DNA of 64,000 nt from an uncultured Chlamydiales bacterium (GTDB lineage Bacteria > Chlamydiota > Chlamydiia > Chlamydiales > Rhabdochlamydiaceae), in contig OY969554.1 in NCBI GenBank assembly GCA_963700985.1, positions 1,376,001 to 1,440,000 on the forward strand, written 5' to 3'. A program made the translations under genes and the position numbers. The notes under the pieces were generated by a model that saw nothing but the letters and a program-made list of their open reading frames with translations, ran no database searches and was not told where the DNA came from. Of the stretch, positions 58,191 through 64,000 are shown piece by piece (position 1 is the stretch's first letter; the number at the start of each line of letters is the position of its first letter).

Positions 58191-59765
58191 ATGTCTGGGG
58201 AATTTGGCAAACTTCGCTCGTATCTCTGGCCCATACATAGAAAAGAAACGCGCATGTTTTTGCCGCTTCTTTTCATCTTTTTCCTCGTTGGTTTTAACTA
58301 CAGCATCCTAAGAGCCACCAAAGACGCTCTCGTGGTAACAGCTCGCGCTTCAGGAGCAGAGGCTCTGCCCTTTTTAAAAGTCTGGGCCATCCTGCCCATG
58401 GCATTCCTCTTTACTTACATCTTTACGCGCGTTTCAAATCGGCTTAGTCGCGAGCGGATTTTTTATGCGATGATGAGCATCTTCATCGTCTTCTTCCTCA
58501 TCTTCACCTTCTTGTTATATCCTTTTAGAGAATCATTGCATCCGCATGAGCTAGCAGACCGCTTACAATCTCATCTGCCCATAGGCTTTAAAGGCCTTAT
58601 CGCCGTCTTTCGCAACTGGACCTTCACTGCTTTTTATGTGATGTCTGAGATGTGGAGCACGATCATTATGTCTGTGCTCTGTTGGGGCTTTGTCAATGAC
58701 ACAACTACCGTTAAGAATGCCAAACGCTATTACGGCCTCCTCGGGATAGGCATCAACTTTTCAGGCATTGCGGCAGGTCAAGTGGCCATGTTTTTCTCAA
58801 AACATGTTTATGACCCACGCCTTCCTTTCGGTTCAGATGCCTGGGGCCAATCTATCTTTCTATTGAACTTTGTGGTGGTTGCAGCCGGCCTTCTCTGCAT
58901 GTACCTTTTTAGAAAACTGCACAAAAATGGCTATGGATATAGCTCTGCTTCTTGGGCTGAACAACAGCTGGAGCAAGAGCCCATCAAGATGGGGTTACGT
59001 AAAAACTTTGCTTACCTAGCCAAATCTAAATATCTAATCTGCATCGCCATCATTGTAGTCACCTACAACATCGCCATCAATCTCACTGAAGTTATCTGGA
59101 AAGACCAGGTTAAACAGCTTTATCCTAATCCAAGCGACTTTAACGGCTATATGGGTCAGGTGCTCACCGGCATCGGCATTATTGCCACAATTACCAGCGT
59201 CTTTATCTCTGGAAACGTAATCAGAAAATTAAGCTGGACCTCCAGCGCCATGATCTCGCCTCTTATTCTTCTCGTGACAGGCGTGGGATTCTTCTCCTTC
59301 CTGCTCTTCAAAGACTTTGGTCTCGGCGCCATCGCAGCTCTGCTAGGTTCAACACCTCTAGCCATCAGCGTTTTCTTCGGCTCGCTACAAAACTGCCTTT
59401 CTCGCGCCTCCAAATACACGCTTTTTGACTCCACCAAAGAACTCGCATTTATCCCGCTTAGTCAAGAGAGCAAATTAAAAGGCAAAGCTGCTATCGATGG
59501 CGTCGGTTCTCGCCTGGGTAAATCCGGTGGCTCGATCATCCATCAAGGCCTGCTCGTCTTTTTCGGTAGCATCTCACTCAGCACTCCGTATGTCGGCCTA
59601 ATCTTACTCTTTTCGATTGTCGCTTGGATGTATGCAGTTCGTTCTCTTGGGAAAAAATTTAATCAGCTAGTCGGTGAGCAAGGAACTGTAGACCTACCCG
59701 ACGAAGAGCCCGATCCATTTTTAGACCCTTCTTCGAAGGGCAAAGAGGCTGCTACTAGAGCTTGA
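58191..59765 (+). CDS. Npt/Tlc-family nucleotide transporter (ATP/ADP translocase family)
   Basis: FNYSILRATKD, FYVMSEMW, KYTLFDSTKELAFIPL..E.KLKGKAAIDG.GSRLGKSGG; start placed at MSGEF. Confidence 0.93.
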   Translation: MSGEFGKLRSYLWPIHRKETRMFLPLLFIFFLVGFNYSILRATKDALVVTARASGAEALPFLKVWAILPMAFLFTYIFTRVSNRLSRERIFYAMMSIFIVFFLIFTFLLYPFRESLHPHELADRLQSHLPIGFKGLIAVFRNWTFTAFYVMSEMWSTIIMSVLCWGFVNDTTTVKNAKRYYGLLGIGINFSGIAAGQVAMFFSKHVYDPRLPFGSDAWGQSIFLLNFVVVAAGLLCMYLFRKLHKNGYGYSSASWAEQQLEQEPIKMGLRKNFAYLAKSKYLICIAIIVVTYNIAINLTEVIWKDQVKQLYPNPSDFNGYMGQVLTGIGIIATITSVFISGNVIRKLSWTSSAMISPLILLVTGVGFFSFLLFKDFGLGAIAALLGSTPLAISVFFGSLQNCLSRASKYTLFDSTKELAFIPLSQESKLKGKAAIDGVGSRLGKSGGSIIHQGLLVFFGSISLSTPYVGLILLFSIVAWMYAVRSLGKKFNQLVGEQGTVDLPDEEPDPFLDPSSKGKEAATRA

Positions 59766-59774
59766 GCCTAACTT

Positions 59775-60389
59775 ATGGATAAATTCTTCGAATTCGTGAT
59801 CCAAAATGCGCATCTGGCCCATTGGTTCATATTCGGTGGAATTATCCTCGCTGGCATGAATATCCCCATTAGCGCCGATCTTCTCGTGATCATTGCCTCA
59901 GTCCTTGCTGCCACAGTCGTTCCTGAACATACTATTCTACTCTTTTTAAGCGTCTTCTTAGGCTGCTATTTCTCTGCCTGGGTTGCTTATTGGATTGGCC
60001 GAAAATTTGGTCCTAAATTAATGCGCTGGCGTTTTTTTCAGAAAATTCTGAGCGTGGAAAAAATTGAAAAGATGCGGATTTTCTACGAAAAGCGCGGGCT
60101 AATGGCGCTGGTTATTGGACGATTTATTCCTTTTGGCGTACGCAATGCCATTTTTATGAGTGCCGGAATGAGCAAAATGCCCTTTTCTAAATTCATTGTC
60201 AGAGACCTATTCGCCTGCTTCCTCTGGTCTAGCAGCACCTTTAGCGCATTTTATTTTCTGGGACAAAATCATCAAGTCCTATACCGATATGTTAAAACTT
60301 TCAATATCCTGATTTTTGCAGTATTCGGTGTGACGGTAATTGCATTCATTTGGTATAAGCAAAGAAAAAAATCTCGAGCTCATGCTTAG
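59775..60389 (+). CDS. DedA family membrane protein
   Basis: AYWIGRKFG, IGRFIPFGVRN, AGMSKM. Confidence 0.88.
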   Translation: MDKFFEFVIQNAHLAHWFIFGGIILAGMNIPISADLLVIIASVLAATVVPEHTILLFLSVFLGCYFSAWVAYWIGRKFGPKLMRWRFFQKILSVEKIEKMRIFYEKRGLMALVIGRFIPFGVRNAIFMSAGMSKMPFSKFIVRDLFACFLWSSSTFSAFYFLGQNHQVLYRYVKTFNILIFAVFGVTVIAFIWYKQRKKSRAHA

Positions 60390-60891
60390 CCTATCTAACG
60401 GACTTTCTTTCCTGCGCGCGCCACTTGCCTTGCTATTTCTTGTAGATAGCATCACTTGGAGAGTCGTTGCTATTGTTTTAGCTATGATAACCGACAGCGT
60501 CGATGGTTATCTAGCAAGACGCTACCGCTCGGCTAGCCAATTCGGAGCCATTCTCGATCCAGCCATGGATAAATTTTTCGTCTTCTTCGGATTAGGCGTG
60601 CTCTTGATGGAAGACAGGCTCGAACTCTGGCAAGCTGGTGCCATGCTCTCTCGTGATTTTTTTCTCTGTATCTTCGCCATCTATCTCAGCTTGAAAGGCA
60701 ACTTGCAAGCTTATCAATACCGCGCCATCCGTTGGGGCAAAGTGACCACTGCTTCGCAGTTCCTCCTCCTAATCGGCCTTAGCCTGCACCTTTCCTTCCC
60801 TTGGTTCATCTATCTCCTTTTCATCTTTCTCGGATGCCTTGCGTTCTTCGAGCTTCTCCAAGTCAAACAAGAAAAAAAACCCGCCTCTTAG
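60382..60891 (+). CDS. CDP-alcohol phosphatidyltransferase (PgsA-like)
   Basis: SNGLSFLR, TDSVDGYLARRY..ASQFGAILDPAMDK, WGKVTT. Confidence 0.88.
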   Translation: MLSLSNGLSFLRAPLALLFLVDSITWRVVAIVLAMITDSVDGYLARRYRSASQFGAILDPAMDKFFVFFGLGVLLMEDRLELWQAGAMLSRDFFLCIFAIYLSLKGNLQAYQYRAIRWGKVTTASQFLLLIGLSLHLSFPWFIYLLFIFLGCLAFFELLQVKQEKKPAS

Positions 60892-60919
60892 TAGAACAAC
60901 TCCTTATATTCTAGAAACG

Positions 60920-60995
60920 AACAAGATATGCAGAATCAGGAAGGATAGAGAAAATATCCTGCGCATCCTACCGCTTGCGATCCTGCACATCCTGT
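60920..60995. repeat. Palindromic dispersed repeat, copy 2
   Basis: Shares aaaatatcct-cg-atccta-cgcttgcgatcctgca-atcctgt with 44329-44414. Confidence 0.8.
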
Positions 60996-61141
60996 AAATG
61001 ATTTACTAAAAGAGCTCGGTCTCTATTGCAAGGCTTACTGTCCATTACAAGGCGTCGCTACAAGAGACCATTTAGGCATTGTCAAAAAAAATGGCATCTA
61101 CTTTACTGCGAAGAATAGAATCCCTTAACATGAGGAAGTTT

Positions 61142-61417
61142 ATGGCCAAAAGAGAAGAATTGGAAAAGGTGTGGAGCCAGATAATTAAAAGAACTTGGAC
61201 GGATGAAGTTTTTAAACAGCGCTTATTAAAGAATCCCAAACAGGTGATCAAGGATGAGTATCGCATAGATATCCCATCAGATGCAGGAATTAAAATAGTC
61301 GAAGCTCAAGCTGAGGATTTAATTCTTCGCTTGCCACCTAAACAAGCTTCTGGAGAATTGACACATGAACAATTGAAAAACGTGTCTGGAGCGGGGGATG
61401 ATTACTTTCCGCATTAG
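61142..61417 (+). CDS. NHLP-leader RiPP precursor 1 (core approx. DDYFPH)
   Basis: II.R.W.DE.FKQRLLKNPK.V, I.IVE, L.LPP, ELTHEQLKNVSGAG; aggaag RBS before ATG 61142. Confidence 0.88.
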   Translation: MAKREELEKVWSQIIKRTWTDEVFKQRLLKNPKQVIKDEYRIDIPSDAGIKIVEAQAEDLILRLPPKQASGELTHEQLKNVSGAGDDYFPH

Positions 61418-61453
61418 AGCGATGATTTTTAGAAATTCGAAGGGAAGCCTAGC

Positions 61454-62545
61454 ATGAAAGCATCGATTAATCTTTCTGAAAAGCTTCTGCCTTTGGTTGA
61501 TCTCTGTGAGTCTGTTTTGCCCTTGCTGCCTAATAACCTCATCGACGAGGCAAATAAAGCGCGAATCAGAAATTGCGCTTTGCTATTCGACCCATTGCTT
61601 AAAACAAACCGCTTGCTTTTCGAATGTTTTTTAAAAAGCGAAAAGAGCGCCTGCGATTTTCATTTCGAATCAACTCTTACACCTGAATTACTTATTTCTT
61701 TACGAAATTCTTTATCCAAAAATCATTGGCATGAGACTTGTCATTGGAAGAGATTATCTGCTTTTTTTGAGAATTGGGCTGTAGTTGAGCAGCACGATCA
61801 AGAGCAGCCCCCCAGGATTGGAATCGAGCTGGATATAGGCAGCAATCTTAATTGGCCTCCTGGATCCAACATCTTTGTTGAACTATTCAAGTGCGAAAAA
61901 ACTCCCACAGAATTAATAGAAGCGGCTTTTTATCTTATAAATAAAGATAAACTGCATCCAAAAACTATAGATATCTTAAACAAATGCGAAAATGATTTCA
62001 TAAAAATAAACTTTGCTGGCTTTATGTTGGGTCGACAAGAAAAAGCTCTGCGTATTTCGTGTGGAAAGGCAAGTACCCCTATTTCTTCAGAAAATATTTT
62101 GGCTTATCTTCAAAACATTTCCCATCCATGTTTAGACGATCATTTGATAGATTTGCTGAATAAATTTTCCCCCTATCTTGACATCATTTCTTTTGATTTT
62201 GATGTCAGCACATTTCTACTCCCAAAAATTGGAATAAATTGCGGTATCAATAAAGAGAATCTGTTGGCCACAAAGGAATCCTGGGATTCATTTTTAGAAT
62301 TCTTGGTCTCTGAAAATTTAATCACAGATGAAAATCGATTTGAGCTTATCCATTGGATAGGAGGGAAAAAAGAACCATTTTACTCTGTGTGTGATTCACT
62401 TGATGGGCAGGGTCAGACAGGCGCCATCTACCACGCCTATCTTGTCAGAGATATCAATCATATCAAGTTCAACTATACGCCTGGCCGTGCGTTGCAGATG
62501 AAAGCCTATTTAAGAGTAAAAACCATACCTCTCGACTTTTTTTAG
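61454..62545 (+). CDS. Putative RiPP maturase 1 (prenyltransferase-like, inferred)
   Basis: Directly after the precursor; FEC..DF, IELD, GFMLGR...LR, FDFDV....PKIG, W..FL.FLV, INHIK..Y..MKAYL. Confidence 0.55.
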   Translation: MKASINLSEKLLPLVDLCESVLPLLPNNLIDEANKARIRNCALLFDPLLKTNRLLFECFLKSEKSACDFHFESTLTPELLISLRNSLSKNHWHETCHWKRLSAFFENWAVVEQHDQEQPPRIGIELDIGSNLNWPPGSNIFVELFKCEKTPTELIEAAFYLINKDKLHPKTIDILNKCENDFIKINFAGFMLGRQEKALRISCGKASTPISSENILAYLQNISHPCLDDHLIDLLNKFSPYLDIISFDFDVSTFLLPKIGINCGINKENLLATKESWDSFLEFLVSENLITDENRFELIHWIGGKKEPFYSVCDSLDGQGQTGAIYHAYLVRDINHIKFNYTPGRALQMKAYLRVKTIPLDFF

Positions 62546-62654
62546 CCTTTTTCTCTGACACCAAAGAGTGCGCCCAATTTTATCGTTGTCAAAAAAAATC
62601 ACATCAACTTTACTGCAAAGATATAGAACCCTTCTCAACAGGAACAGGAAATTT

Positions 62655-62963
62655 ATGCTCAAAAAAGAAGATTTGGAAAAATTGTGGAGTCAGATTGTTA
62701 AAAGAACTTGGACTGATGAAGTTTTTAAACAGCGCTTAATAAAGAATCCAAAGCAAGTGATTAAAGACGAATATCGCATCGATGTCCCCTCAAATATAGG
62801 GATCAAAATAGTCGAAGCTCAAGCTAATGACGTAATTCTGCGCTTACCACCCAATCAAGCTTCTGAAGAATTAAGTGCGGAACAATTGAAAAAAGTATTT
62901 GCTGCCGGCGGCGAAGGTCCTAGCGATTATATTTCTGACAAGTATATTCATTATGGAAAATAG
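62655..62963 (+). CDS. NHLP-leader RiPP precursor 2 (core approx. EGPSDYISDKYIHYGK)
   Basis: Leader nearly identical to precursor 1; ELSAEQLKKVFAAGG; aggaa RBS before ATG 62655. Confidence 0.88.
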   Translation: MLKKEDLEKLWSQIVKRTWTDEVFKQRLIKNPKQVIKDEYRIDVPSNIGIKIVEAQANDVILRLPPNQASEELSAEQLKKVFAAGGEGPSDYISDKYIHYGK

Positions 62964-62968
62964 AAAGC

Positions 62969-64000
62969 ATGACAGCCACAACCGGGGGCTCCAATAAATT
63001 ACTGCCCAAATTGGTGGCTCTTGGCGATTTCTGTGAATGTATCCTACCTTTGCTCCCTGATCAACTCTTCGATGGAGAAAACAGGGAGCGAATCAGAAAA
63101 TGCACCTTGTTATTCAGTCCCTCGCTTAAAACAGACTGCTTATTTTTCGAATGCGTTTTAAATACACCTGAAAGCCTAGGTGATTTCCACTTTCAATTTT
63201 CTCTAACGCCTGAACTACTCAACGCTTTGCGAGAGTCTTTTTTCGAAAATCATTGGCATGAATCTTATCGCAGAAGTGAATTAGTTCATTTTTTTGAGCG
63301 TTGGGCTAGGGAAGAGTTCTTTCATCAAATTGAGACATCGAAAATTATATTAGAATTCGATACGGGAAGTGCTCATGCCTGGCCTCCAATTCCAAATATT
63401 TTCGTAAGCTTATTTAATAGTGACAAGAGTCCAAAAGAATTAATCAAAAAAGCCCATCTCCTACTAAAAAGTGACACCCTACATGAAAAAACACTAGAGA
63501 TTCTACACGCATGTGAAACCGAATCCGTTAGGATAAATCATGTCGGTTTTATGCTAGGGCGAAGCGAGAGCCCTTTGCGCATTTCGTGCGGAAACAAAAA
63601 AAGCCCGGTTTCTTTAGAAGCTGCCTTGGTCTATCTTAAAAAGATCGGTCATCCGTGTTTAGATGAGTACTTAACCTCGCTCTTGAATAAATTTCGCCCA
63701 TTTATTGATTGCGTTTCCCTTGAGATTGACATCGGTAAAGCTCTTGCTCCGAAGATCGGAATTAACTTCATAATTGATAATAACGAGCTATCGGAGACCA
63801 AAGGATCTTGGGATTCATTTTTAAGCTTCTTAGTCTCTGAAGGGTTAATCAGCCGCCAGAATCAACACGACCTTATCTCTTGGCTAGGGGCAAGAAAAGA
63901 GCCATTTTACTCTTTAGTCGACAGCTCTGATGCACCTGGCCAACTAACTGAAATAATTGACCAGGTCATTCTTATTAGAAATATCAACCATCTCAAGCTG
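62969..64000 (+). CDS. Putative RiPP maturase 2, paralog of 61454-62545 (3' partial, absent from ORF track)
   Basis: Hand translation MTATTGGSNKLLPKLVALGDFCECILPLLP...FFECVL..GDFHF...GFMLGR...PKIGIN...LIRNINHLKL; start and end are in the same frame. Confidence 0.8.
   Translation, partial: MTATTGGSNKLLPKLVALGDFCECILPLLPDQLFDGENRERIRKCTLLFSPSLKTDCLFFECVLNTPESLGDFHFQFSLTPELLNALRESFFENHWHESYRRSELVHFFERWAREEFFHQIETSKIILEFDTGSAHAWPPIPNIFVSLFNSDKSPKELIKKAHLLLKSDTLHEKTLEILHACETESVRINHVGFMLGRSESPLRISCGNKKSPVSLEAALVYLKKIGHPCLDEYLTSLLNKFRPFIDCVSLEIDIGKALAPKIGINFIIDNNELSETKGSWDSFLSFLVSEGLISRQNQHDLISWLGARKEPFYSLVDSSDAPGQLTEIIDQVILIRNINHLKL

Noticed and set aside
61079-61141. Longer TTG/GTG starts for the RiPP precursors (61079, 62568)
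   Set aside because: RBS-preceded ATGs at 61142 and 62655 align with each other; the upstream similarity is better explained as a duplicated promoter region
61142-62963. Nitrile hydratase alpha subunit
   Set aside because: About 90-100 aa only and lacks the CxxCSC metal motif; matches the NHLP leader pattern

Overview
Window from an environmental member of the phylum Chlamydiota (euo, tsp, secDF, DUF2709 and an Npt-type nucleotide transporter; Simkania/Rhabdochlamydia-like is inferred). Core genes flank two accessory loci. (1) A ~32 kb island (10.8-43.1 kb, between ispF and ddl) with two secreted Gly-X-Thr collagen-like proteins with BclA-like C-terminal heads, each followed by a GT92-like gene lacking the DxD motif. 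The island also holds three paralogous secreted beta-rich proteins, about 14 glycosyltransferase, methyltransferase and beta-propeller genes, most with N-terminal signal-like segments, and a passenger-less inverse-autotransporter barrel. Together this looks like an exosporium- or glycocalyx-like glycosylated collagen coat system. (2) At the right edge (61.1-64 kb), a tandemly duplicated two-gene module of an NHLP-leader RiPP precursor with a short Tyr/His core plus a putative prenyltransferase-like maturase. Long palindromic REP/MITE-like elements and a frameshifted higA remnant are also present. All calls come from motif recognition; no searches were run.
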